Below are positions 30,024 through 38,376 of a stretch of DNA of 64,000 bases, in pieces. Source of the stretch: Deltaproteobacteria bacterium. Lineage in GTDB: Bacteria > Myxococcota_A > Polyangia > Polyangiales > Ga0077539. Position 1 is the stretch's first letter. Every line of letters begins with the position of its first letter. A program made the position numbers and the translations under genes. The DNA lies in contig JADJAE010000151.1 in assembly GCA_016704445.1 (NCBI GenBank), positions 26,099 to 90,098 of the forward strand, written 5' to 3'. Below the pieces are notes generated by a model, which saw only the letters and a program-made list of their open reading frames with translations, searched no databases and had not been told where the DNA came from.

Positions 30024-31169
30024 ATGAGCGACGGGAGCGCGGCGGTGGTGTTGGTTCCGGCGGCGCTGGTGGACGAGCTGTACGGGGCGTCGCTCGCGCC
30101 GCAGCGATGGCCCTCGGTGCTGGCCGCGGTCGCCGGCTTCGTCGGCGGCGAGCGGTGTCGCGCGGTGGCGGCGCTGAGCTTCATGGAAGGCCCTGCGCCG
30201 GGGCGCGGGTGGCTGCTCGCCGGGGTCGAGGGGGCGTCCGAGCGCGCGTACGACTTCCTCGAGGCGACGGCGTGGCACCCGCTCTTCGTTCGGGCGGGCG
30301 CGCTGCCCGAAGGGTACGTCGGTCCGAGCGAGGAGTTCGCGTCGGCGGACGAGCTGGCGCGCACCACGCTGGCGAGGGAGTTCCTGAGCGAGGAGGGATC
30401 GATTCGCGGACAGAGCGCGGTGCTGCACGCGTCGGACGAGCTGCTGGCGGCGGTGCATGTGCTGCGGCCTCGGCAGGGCGCGGCGTGGCCCGAGGATGCG
30501 GCGTCGCGGCTGAGGGCGCTGCTCCCGCACCTGCGACGTAGCATCGAGGTGTACTCGCGGCTTCGGAGGGCGAGGGCGCAGTCGGAGATCGACCGCGCGC
30601 TGCTCGATCGCATCGACGTGGCGGCCTTCGTGATCGATGGCCTCGGGAGGCTGTCGCGGGCGAACGCGGCGGGCGCGGCGATGCTCGACCGCGGCGACGG
30701 CCTGGAGCGCGTGGGAGACAGGCTGCGGTGCGTGGCGGCGACGGCGGACGGGGCGCTGCAGCGGGCGCTGACGGAGGCGGCGCGGCGGGGCGCGGCGCGC
30801 GGCGGATCGGACGTGGTGGTGGTCCCGCGGCGCTCGGGGGGGAGGCCGCTGATGGCCTTCGTGACGGGGCTGCCCGCGGGGGGAGCGGCGGTGCTGGCGA
30901 GGGATCCGGAGCGCCATGGGCCGCACGTGGAGGAGCTGCTGCAGCGGCTCTTCGAGCTGACGCCGACGGAGGCGAGGGTGGCCGTGCGGGTGGCCTCGGG
31001 GGAGAGGCCGTCGGAGGTCGGGGCGGTGCTGGGGATGGCCGTGGCGACGGTGCGAACGCACCTGAAGAAGGTCTTCGACAAGACGTCGACGACGGGGCAG
31101 GCGCAGGTGGTGAGGCTGGTGATGGGGGAGGTTCCGCCGATGGGGGAGGGGGAGGCGGGCGGGGAGTAG
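30024..31169 (+). CDS. LuxR-family transcriptional regulator with an N-terminal sensory domain
   Basis: The C-terminus LTPTEARVAVRVASGERPSEVGAVLGMAVATVRTHLKKVFDKT is a LuxR/GerE HTH. Confidence 0.8.
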   Translation: MSDGSAAVVLVPAALVDELYGASLAPQRWPSVLAAVAGFVGGERCRAVAALSFMEGPAPGRGWLLAGVEGASERAYDFLEATAWHPLFVRAGALPEGYVGPSEEFASADELARTTLAREFLSEEGSIRGQSAVLHASDELLAAVHVLRPRQGAAWPEDAASRLRALLPHLRRSIEVYSRLRRARAQSEIDRALLDRIDVAAFVIDGLGRLSRANAAGAAMLDRGDGLERVGDRLRCVAATADGALQRALTEAARRGAARGGSDVVVVPRRSGGRPLMAFVTGLPAGGAAVLARDPERHGPHVEELLQRLFELTPTEARVAVRVASGERPSEVGAVLGMAVATVRTHLKKVFDKTSTTGQAQVVRLVMGEVPPMGEGEAGGE

Positions 31170-31180
31170 GGCGGGGGGGC

Positions 31181-32042
31181 TCAGGGCTCGGCGAAGACCT
31201 CGTCGATGCGGGTGGCGGTGAGGGCGCGGTCGAACCAGCGCTCGATCTGGGCCGGGTCGGTGCACGCGGCGATGCGCGCGTCGTCGGCGGGGGTCGTCAC
31301 GATGCTTCGCTTTCGCAGCGCCAGGAGGAGCATGCGGCCGCCTCCGTGGTCGGATGTCGGACACCCATCGTTCGAGGGCAGGGTTTCTAGGCAACTGGCT
31401 GATGTCGATCATCGCGATGCTCCTCACCTTTTCAACGACCGCCGGATGCAGGACGGTCAGGATGCTCCACTGAATTCTCTGTCGCAACTGCGCGTCCGCG
31501 ATGGCCTCGGTGCGTGCGATGGCGCGGCGCGCGAGGTCGACCGCGCCAGGGCCGTGACGATGGTTCGTCACCCAGGCAGCGAAGACCGCGAGCTCGGGTG
31601 GACCGTTCGTGAGCACGGCGTCGGCCTCCCGTGGACCGAGTCGCAGCACGGTGGGCGTGACGCCCCAGCGGGTGTCGCCGCTGCGGTGACTGGCGACGTG
31701 GAGCGACCAGCGGGCGACCTCGCGGATGCGTGATGACGACCAGTTCGCCATGCGGTCCATGCTGGATTGGCCATCGCCGCCATCGCGAGGAACCATCGGC
31801 GCGCCTTGGACTCATCGGGCTGGCGCTGCACCTCGACGAGCACCCAGTGCCCGGAGATGGGATCGTCGTAGGACGAGGTCGGGGGTGACCTCGATGGGGT
31901 AGGCGGCGCGGAGGGCGGAGTCCTCGACGGCGAGCGTGGAGGAGCAGGGGGCGTGGCCGGTGAGGGCGAGCAGGGTGCTCAGCCGCGAGGGGTCGTCGCG
32001 CAGCCAGAGGAGGACGGACTCGTGGGCGTTGGAGGGCGTCAC
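31181..32042 (-). pseudogene. Rpn/YhgA-like PD-(D/E)XK nuclease (putative transposase) with at least 3 frame breaks
   Basis: The pieces lie in three frames. They read MTPSNAHESVLLWLRDDPSRL...IEVTPDLVL; HWVLVEVQRQPDESKARRWFLAMAAMA; MANWSS...LHVASHRSG...NPALERWVSDI; and the tail GGGRMLLLALRKRSIVTTPADDARIAACTDPAQIERWFDRALTATRIDEVFAEP* (my own translation, stop at 31181-31183). Confidence 0.55.
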
Positions 32043-32100
32043 GCCGCGATGGAGAGCAGGCGGCGGGCCGTGCGAAATGGGCTGGAAAGATAGGGGACGA

Positions 32101-32140
32101 GGGGTGGCGGCGGGTGGCGGCGGGTGGCGGCGGAGGTGGC
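32101..32140. repeat. (GGGTGGCGGC)n G-rich microsatellite
   Basis: ggggtggcggcgggtggcggcgggtggcggcggaggtggc. The same motif recurs at 33165-33205. Confidence 0.9.
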
Positions 32141-32195
32141 TACGCGTCGCCGGAGCGCGGAGGTCGAGGTGGCGCAGCTTCGAGCGCGCGGACGC

Positions 32196-33134
32196 CTACC
32201 GGGCTCGCGCGTTGCGGCGTCGGGTGACCTGCTCCCGAACGCCATCGGGGAGCGTGGCGACGTACGCGTCCGAGAGGCCGACGAGCACGGTGTCGGGCAG
32301 GGCGAGCACGGCATCGGCGTCGCTCAGCCCGGCGAGCCGGTCTTCCGGACGGAGCCCGGCGAGCCGGTCTTCTGGACGGAGCCCGGCGAGCCGGTCTTCT
32401 GGACGGAGCCCCGCGAGCCGCTGCTCCAGCGGCAGCGAATCGAGAAACTCCCTCGCCATCACCTCGATGTCCTCCAGGTTCGTCTGGTCCATCCGCGCCT
32501 CCTTCAGGGATCCATATCGAGCGTACCACCACGACCAGGCGGCGGTGGAGGCGTGCGGCGCTGCGGCGAAGAGCGCGACGTAGTCCTCCCGGTCTCGCGT
32601 CGTGAGCACCGCGAGGTCGACCAGCAGCATGGCGAAGGTCAGCCCCTCCAGGCGCGCGTACCCCGCGTCGAGCGCTCGCTCGCGCAGACCGATGCGGACG
32701 ATGTCGCGGTCGAGCGCAGCGTTGCGTGCCGCGACGATCAGCACCAGCGCGAGCGACGACTCGTCGACGAGCTCGCTCTCCTCGGCGCTGAAGTACTGAT
32801 GCCCGTATCCGACGAGCCGGTGCAGGTCGCCGTCGCGGTAGCCCCGCGTCGCGCTCTTGAACTCCGCGATGGTGGCCGCGGGGAGCATCGGCCAGAGGGC
32901 GACGAGGGTCTCTCCGTGGTCACTGCGTGCGGTGGCGTCCGCGCGTCGGAGGAGCAGCCAGTCCATGTGCTGCAGCGCGCGGGTCACGGGCACTTCGGCG
33001 AGCACCTCGAAGCCGCGCGGGGCCTTCTCCGCGAGGAGCAGGCCGAGGAAGTAGTGCCACGCCGTCCGACGCTCACCCATCGCCGCACCACGGCCTGATC
33101 GATGTGCCCATCGTGTAGAGCCAAGGCAGGGCAT
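32196..33134 (-). CDS. PD-(D/E)XK-like nuclease family protein with RLAGLRPED repeats
   Basis: The 312-aa ORF is intact (a possible start at 33080 gives MGERRTAWHYF). HMDWLLL...TIAEFKS fits a D...ExK core. The C-terminal half carries 9-aa tandem repeats. Confidence 0.55.
   Translation of the reverse strand: MPCLGSTRWAHRSGRGAAMGERRTAWHYFLGLLLAEKAPRGFEVLAEVPVTRALQHMDWLLLRRADATARSDHGETLVALWPMLPAATIAEFKSATRGYRDGDLHRLVGYGHQYFSAEESELVDESSLALVLIVAARNAALDRDIVRIGLRERALDAGYARLEGLTFAMLLVDLAVLTTRDREDYVALFAAAPHASTAAWSWWYARYGSLKEARMDQTNLEDIEVMAREFLDSLPLEQRLAGLRPEDRLAGLRPEDRLAGLRPEDRLAGLSDADAVLALPDTVLVGLSDAYVATLPDGVREQVTRRRNARAR
32328..32425. repeat. In-frame 27-bp tandem repeat, about 3.6 copies
   Basis: cccggcgagccggtcttc(c/t)ggacggag occurs at 32328, 32355 and 32382, plus a partial copy. 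It encodes RLAGLRPED on the minus strand. Confidence 0.9.
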
Positions 33135-33164
33135 GTGCCGTGCGGAAGTGCCCAGAAACAGAGC

Positions 33165-33205
33165 GGGCGGCGGGTGGCGGCGGGTGGCGGCGGGTGGCGG
33201 CGGGT
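33165..33205. repeat. (GGGTGGCGGC)n G-rich microsatellite, second copy
   Basis: gggcggcgggtggcggcgggtggcggcgggtggcggcgggt abuts the stop of the 33205..34227 gene. Confidence 0.9.
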
Positions 33206-34227
33206 CATCCGCGGCGGACGTCTACCTTGCGGTCGGCGCCGGGCACCTCCGCGGCTTCATTGTCCGCAGTGGTCGACGCGACTCCTGGTGCCTGGGTCGT
33301 CGCCTCGCTCGCGACGTCCACGCGGATCCCCGTCGGGGCCGCCGTTGGATCCGGGCCTGCCCGCAGGACCCGGAGAATGACCGGCTGGTCCCAGCTGCCG
33401 ACCATTTCCCAGTGGCCGTGGCCGCCGCGATAGCCCTCTTCGCCGGGCACCCAGACGACGTTGCCCGACGCAGCGACGCGCGAACCCACCGGTACGCACA
33501 GGTCCAGTCGGGGGGACTCGATCACGACGTGCTCGGCGCGGACGGAGATCGGGGACCCCGATCCGTCGGAGAGAAGGAAATCGCCTCCGATCGAGGGCCT
33601 CATCCGGGGTGCTGATCCGTCGTATTGGAGGGCGGGGTCGTCACGGAGCGTGCCAGTTGCCTCGAAGCCCTGGATGGCCAGGACCGGATCCGCTCCTTCC
33701 CGGGACACGGTCTCGACGGGCGTGGTCTCGCCGACGAGGATGGCGGGACCCTCCGTGACGGCGGCGACGGAGGTGAACCTCGATGAGGCGCGGATGGCCC
33801 GTTCGCTCATCACGACCGCGGCGTAGGCCCGGTAGGAGAGGCCGCCGACACGCGCGGAGAACAGTGACCACAGAACCGTGTTGAGGACCAAGGTGGCCAG
33901 GATCCAGACCTGGGCAAGCACCACGTGCAAGGTGCGATATCCATCAGGAATCAGCGTCAGCGGCAAGAAGAGAAGGAAGCCCAGCACCACGAGGGAGCCG
34001 AGCTTGATAAGGTGACCCGCGCCGTCGAGCCAGCGGTCATCGACGTAGATGTTCGTGAAGGCGGTCGTGGCATTGGCGATTACGAAGTGCCTCCACGGGC
34101 GCCGGTGGAGTTGCTGTGGGACGCCGTCGATCGCCCCGGTTTCGTCGGGGAGGTACTCGCAGTTGCAACGATCGCACGCCCCGGGCGCGATGCCCGATTC
34201 GCCGCAGCCGGAGCAACGGTAGTTCAT
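33205..34227 (-). CDS. Zinc-ribbon plus multi-TM protein of unknown function
   Basis: ORF 33205..34290, trimmed to MNYRCSGCGESGIAPGACDRCNC. Three or four hydrophobic segments precede a soluble C-terminal domain (FLLSDGSGSPISVRAEHVVIE). Confidence 0.6.
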   Translation of the reverse strand: MNYRCSGCGESGIAPGACDRCNCEYLPDETGAIDGVPQQLHRRPWRHFVIANATTAFTNIYVDDRWLDGAGHLIKLGSLVVLGFLLFLPLTLIPDGYRTLHVVLAQVWILATLVLNTVLWSLFSARVGGLSYRAYAAVVMSERAIRASSRFTSVAAVTEGPAILVGETTPVETVSREGADPVLAIQGFEATGTLRDDPALQYDGSAPRMRPSIGGDFLLSDGSGSPISVRAEHVVIESPRLDLCVPVGSRVAASGNVVWVPGEEGYRGGHGHWEMVGSWDQPVILRVLRAGPDPTAAPTGIRVDVASEATTQAPGVASTTADNEAAEVPGADRKVDVRRG

Positions 34228-34575
34228 CAACGACCGATCTCTTGACCAGATATAACGACTGAGAGGTAGCCGCTCCAATCGCGGTAACATGGCGCGGTTC
34301 TCACTAAATGTGTCGTTCGCTTGAAGCTGGGTTTGATGACAAGGTCGCGCAGCTACGGGTGAGCCTGTCAGGTTGCCCGAATGACAGTCTCATACGGTGA
34401 AGTGACTTCAACACATAGGGTAGTGCTGGGTTCCACCGAGATGGCAGTATTAGCGCCTGCGAACGCAGCTGCAGCGATCTCCAACCCTTCCCTGACACCC
34501 GCCACACTGGCACTGGGCATACCCTCATCTGCCGAACACGTCGCCATGCATGCTGGAACATCATAATTTCATGCC

Positions 34576-34785
34576 CTAGGCATCTGTGCAACCAATGGGG
34601 CAGGAGCAAGTCGTCGCCGCCTGCGCGATAGGCGGATAGTGAATCGTGATGCGCGTGGCAGGCGCGGTCGTCGTGGCGTGGAGAGTCGACGCGTTCCTCG
34701 GAGTCGCGCGGTGGTCGATGTGCACCGGAAGCCTGAATGCGAACAGGAACGATGAACATCGAGGGACGAGGAGATTGGTTTTCAT
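34576..34785 (-). CDS. 69-aa secreted peptide, a truncated paralog of the 35069..35446 gene
   Basis: The ATG at 34785 gives MKTNLLVPRCSSFLFAFRLPVHIDHRATPRNASTLHATTTAPATRITIHYPPIAQAATTCSCPIGCTDA*. The 5' UTR and first about 29 codons mirror the plus-strand paralog. Confidence 0.45.
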   Translation of the reverse strand: MKTNLLVPRCSSFLFAFRLPVHIDHRATPRNASTLHATTTAPATRITIHYPPIAQAATTCSCPIGCTDA

Positions 34786-35156
34786 CTGGTGATTCCCGCG
34801 GGTGGTGTTGGTTGGCGGCCGGGGCCCGCCCGTCATTGGAAGTAGGCCGTCGGGTTGCATTGTGCAAGTCACCCATTTGGGGTAGGCCGCTGCGGATGCT
34901 GGGAGCGATCGACGAGCGTCGCAGGTGCCCGCCGCCACGCTCGCAAGGGAGGCCACACGTGACACGCCTCAAAATGGGGTGACTTGTACACAACGCAACC
35001 TGACGGCCTACTTCCAATGGCGGGCGGGCCCCGGCCACCAAACCCCAACACCACCCCGGAATCACCAGATGAAAACCAATCTCCTCGTCCCCTCGATGTT
35101 CATCGCGTTCCTCTTCGCATTCGGAATTTCGGTGCACATTGACCGCCGCGCGACTC
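34698..35156. repeat. Large imperfect inverted duplication: arms at about 34698-34882 and 34966-35156
   Basis: By hand alignment the reverse complement of arm 1 matches arm 2 at roughly nine positions in ten. The matched region covers about 100 nt of 5' leader, the ATG and the signal-peptide codons of two divergent genes. Confidence 0.85.
34918..34990 (+). promoter_or_regulatory. Conserved upstream module, copy A (function unknown, possibly promoter or operator)
   Basis: gtcgcaggtgcccgccgccacgctcgcaagggaggccacacgtgacacgcctcaaaatggggtgacttgtaca lies about 80 nt upstream of the 35069 ATG. Near-identical to 35642-35714. Confidence 0.4.
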
Positions 35157-35446
35157 CGACTGATGCCAGGGTTGGTCAGTCAACTACGACACTCCATTCC
35201 CAGGTCGGTCACTTGGGGGCGGTAGCTCTAGTACAGTTCCCACGCGCCGCACACGCACAGGGTCGTTCATGCTGGGGAATTCGTGATGACTGCACGAGCG
35301 CCTGTTCTAGGCAGTATATGGCATGTCGAGATCGTTGCGGAGTGGATGACCAGAATTCAATGGGCCCGTGTTGGACTGCTTGCCACAACGCATCAGACGC
35401 ATGCGTCAATCGCTGTCCGCCTTGTAATATCAGCGGAGCGCGGTAG
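35069..35446 (+). CDS. Small secreted Cys-rich protein, 125 aa
   Basis: MKTNLLVPSMFIAFLFAFGISV is a signal peptide. A second AHA-Q site lies at aa 61-64. The core QGRSCWGIRDDCTSACSRQYMACRDRCGVDDQNSMGPCWTACHNASDACVNRCPPCN has 11 Cys. Confidence 0.65.
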   Translation: MKTNLLVPSMFIAFLFAFGISVHIDRRATPTDARVGQSTTTLHSQVGHLGAVALVQFPRAAHAQGRSCWGIRDDCTSACSRQYMACRDRCGVDDQNSMGPCWTACHNASDACVNRCPPCNISGAR

Positions 35447-35641
35447 GGGACTGCCGCAAATATGGGGATAAGTCCTCCAACGCGGGATGGCTCGGATCTG
35501 GTTCAACTTCTGACACCTCGGCCGTTGGGGATCATCACGCCGCGAGCGTGATCGCGACGTCGTTCACGGCCAGTAGTCGTGAGAGTGCGGGGCTCCTTCG
35601 GTCGCTGAGCGCGAGCGCCCACAAGTGGAGGACATGCTCGG

Positions 35642-35714
35642 GTCGCAGGTGCCCGCGGCCACCATGCTCGCCGGGGAGGCCACACGTAACACGCCCCAAA
35701 TGGGTGACTTGCAA
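35642..35714 (+). promoter_or_regulatory. Conserved upstream module, copy B
   Basis: gtcgcaggtgcccgcggccaccatgctcgccggggaggccacacgtaacacgccccaaatgggtgacttgcaa lies about 150 nt upstream of the 35863 start. Confidence 0.4.
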
Positions 35715-35862
35715 ACGCCGAATCTCGACGCCTGCTCAAGCACTCGATGCTTGCTGGCGGTCACGCGAGAAGAGAGTGGCGCTGGTCGAGAAATTCCGGC
35801 GCACAGGTAATCACAGTAAGTGGAATCCAATGCCGCCCAGTCAAAAGAACCTAGGAGTCGCC

Positions 35863-36799
35863 GTGTCAACTGATTACTCATTTCCGGCCGCGCTCATCAG
35901 TATCGCACTGGCCTTAGTTCTCCAAGCTACGCCCTCGCATGCCCAGCCTTCTTGACCCGCAGGGAGCTTCGTGGAGCAGCGAGAATAGTGAGTGCGACTG
36001 CAATACGGACACGCCGATATTTGATTCGGGATACCGCCGCGCCCGAATCCCGCCGGAGTTGATTTCGAATTTTCCGCACTGGGAGAGCGGATTTGGAATC
36101 GCCTTAGGCTACCTTCGAGCTACTGGGGATCGACTGCCTCCGGATAATCACTTGTCGGTCATGCCAACAGCGTACGTCGACTACCTGTTGCCATTTAGCC
36201 TCAACGAAGATGGTCGGGCGTTCGCCGGCTTCTGGTTCCGAATCGAGACCGCCGTTGGCTATCTGGGCGGCTATCAGAACGCCGCCGATTATATTGGCGG
36301 ACTGAGGGCGACAACGCGAGCAGACATCGGACTTCGGGTGTCGTACTTCGCTTTCGGAGGCAGCATCGCTTACGATCATATTCCGTGGTCACACAGTGTC
36401 CAGCCGTGGTATGCGGCCGCTACACCGGTTCCTGACGTGAATTCCGTTGCGGGCGGACTGTCTCTCTCCTTGGGGAATGTCGGTCGGTATGTCACGGCCA
36501 GCGGTTCAGAGTCTGAGTTTCAGTGGCGATTTGGAGTCGCATGGTATCCGCTGGGAGCGTCAACCTCTGGAGATGTTAGGAATATTGTCGCGGGTAATGT
36601 TCGGATCGGAATCGGAGAGTTTATTGGAATCGACTTACTTCTTCGATACACGCAAGAAAACGGATCCGTCCGCGATGGAATCGAAGCGTCGCTTGCGCTT
36701 GTGATGCCATGGACCCTTTGGTTCCGCGGGCTTCAGACACCCGAAGGTCAACGGGCTCTGCAGAGTACGTCGACGGCCATCAGTACAGCAGTGCGATGA
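35863..36799 (+). CDS. Secreted beta-barrel-like protein with a broken frame near 35940-35952
   Basis: GTG at 35863, preceded by AGGAG with a 5-nt spacer. The signal peptide VSTDYSFPAALISIALALVLQATPSHAQP lies in frame 1 and ends at a TGA at 35953. The body lies in ORF 35939..36799 (GFGIALGYL, GLRVSYFAFGGSIAYD, FQWRFGVAWYPLG, IGIDLLLRY). Confidence 0.55.
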
Positions 36800-37363
36800 A
36801 TCCGGCATGGATCATTTGGCATCGCAATGTAGACGCCGTGTGTCCGGGGACGCTGCAAGCGCTGAGTAAGTTGTTTGAGTCATTTTCGACTGGTAACTCA
36901 AATGCTAGCCACCGATAGACTGCAGCTTCGCACGGCCGTGATTTTCCTCCTGTTATCGGCATGTGAAGTGCGCACTGCGATCGCCTGACAGGGTCCCCGG
37001 GACGTCCTCTCTTTCGGCACGCCAGGTAGGAGCACTCAGCGCTTGCATTCGAAATGGATCGAATCCTACCGGCGTTGCTCGGAGTGATCTTAATGACAGA
37101 GACTTTCAGCAGTATGTTGTTTGTGAGTTGAACCGCTTTTGGGGGCATTGTCCCAGGGGTTCCGGCACAGCCTACCGTCGGGAAGAACCAGTCGATCCCG
37201 CTACAGGCGCTCGAGATCCAGAACACGGTACCAACTTTGATGTTGAGAACGTTGCCTTCTACTCGGTGGGTGCGTTCGTGATATCCATTAATGCGGACGC
37301 ACGAGTCACGCGCCGATACCTCTCGTCGGGGCCGCCCGACTTCCCTACGACGAGTATGAGTGT

Positions 37364-37417
37364 TTGTTCGAGCGGGTTTCCCGGATTCTATTGTTCGAGC
37401 GGGTTTCCCGGATTCTA
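37364..37417. repeat. Perfect 27-bp tandem duplication
   Basis: ttgttcgagcgggtttcccggattcta occurs twice (37364-37390 and 37391-37417). It is in-frame on both strands. Confidence 0.95.
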
Positions 37418-37876
37418 TCCTGCCTTCGGATCTGGCGATGACGAGAATGCGCTCCACGATCTTGTCTTTGACCTGTGTCGTCGGCGCGAGAGCTGCCGAG
37501 CAGATCCCGTGTGTCGTCGCTCTTTGCGGTGATTGGCGCGCGGTTCGGCGAGGATTGTGCTTGGAGATCTACAATCAACCATGACCATTGCACAGGCCCA
37601 CGGGCTTCCGCTGTGCTTTGGCAGGATGCACGGTGGACGGGATGGTGACTGTCGCTTCCGGGAATCCCCGCGATGCCTTTCCGCCACCGTTGTGTGATGG
37701 CGCGAGCGGGTGAGTGCAAGGCGCGCGACCTTTCGGGCGACAGCCAAGACTCTATCAAACCGTCGAGATGTGCGTTGAGTATACCTGTGGCTACTGTGGC
37801 ATCCATGGGTTCGGAAGTGAATGAGTGAACGCAAGAGACGTCTGTAGTCGCGAGATATGGATCGTGAGGAAAAGAT

Positions 37877-38376
37877 ATGAAATCACTTGCAGAAATCGGG
37901 CATTGGCTGATGGTGTGGGGATTCGCGGCGATGATCGCATTTGGTTGCGGGGGCGGGGGCGCCACTGATGGATAGGCATGTGTCGAACAATCAGACTGTC
38001 TGCACGCGTGCAGCTATGATCCTGCTCCCATCGGCCCAGGTACCTGCGGACCATTTCGCCTTGCGGGACAATCGTGCACCCGACCTAACTATGCCACCCA
38101 GCGGACTGCGCGCAGCCTCTTTCATGCCTGTCTGCCGGCATCTGCGGGACACGGACATCGACTGCGAGGAGCTCCGACGCGGGGACCGGAGCGAGCGTAT
38201 GTGCGGCCCTCGCATGCTTGCCGAATCAAACGTGCGTAAACTGGATTCGAACCGGAATTGCCTGCGCCAACCTGTGCTCCTCCAACAGCAGTTGTCGTAG
38301 TGGATGTTGCGCGACCTTGACGAGCGGCGCCCATGCCTGTGCTCCGGATTCGTCTTCGTGCGGCAGTGGAAGCTGA
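37877..38376 (+). pseudogene. Cys-rich lipoprotein interrupted by an in-frame TAG and one frameshift
   Basis: GAGGA followed by ATG at 37877. MKSLAEIGHWLMVWGFAAMIAFGCGGGGATDG (lipobox), then TAG at 37973-37975, then ACVEQSDCLHACSYDPAPIGPGTCGPFRLAGQSC in the same frame. After about 38089 the Cys-rich reading continues in frame 1: ADCAQPLSCLSAGIC...CAALACLPNQTCV...CANLCSSNSSCRSGCCATLTSGAHACAPDSSSCGSGS* (stop at 38374-38376). Confidence 0.45.

Noticed and set aside
34304-34576. Selenocysteine or stop-codon read-through in the Cys-rich frame downstream of the 69-aa peptide (and in 19750..20361)
   Set aside because: For 34304-34576, the interrupting stops are a mixture of TAG, TGA and TAA, and I saw no SECIS-like hairpin. 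For 19750..20361, both stops are TGA, but the middle reads better in other frames, so decay or compensating indels explain it more simply.
34960-34995. Sigma-54 promoter (TGG...TTGC) inside the conserved upstream module
   Set aside because: In 'tgggtgacttgc' the TGG and TTGC elements are only about 6 nt apart instead of the roughly 8 nt in TGGCAC-N5-TTGC. One copy lacks the GC dinucleotide.
34304-35137. 277-aa minus-strand ORF spanning the mirrored region
   Set aside because: It reads through the 5' leader, the divergent promoter region and the opposite gene. It has no signal or motif. It is an out-of-frame composite relative to the well-supported MKTNLLVP start.
34698-35156. Diversity-generating retroelement (template and variable repeat pair)
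   Set aside because: Mismatches between the arms are a mix of transitions, transversions and indels, not adenine-specific. The similarity covers the leader and signal peptide rather than a C-terminal variable region. No reverse transcriptase gene is present.
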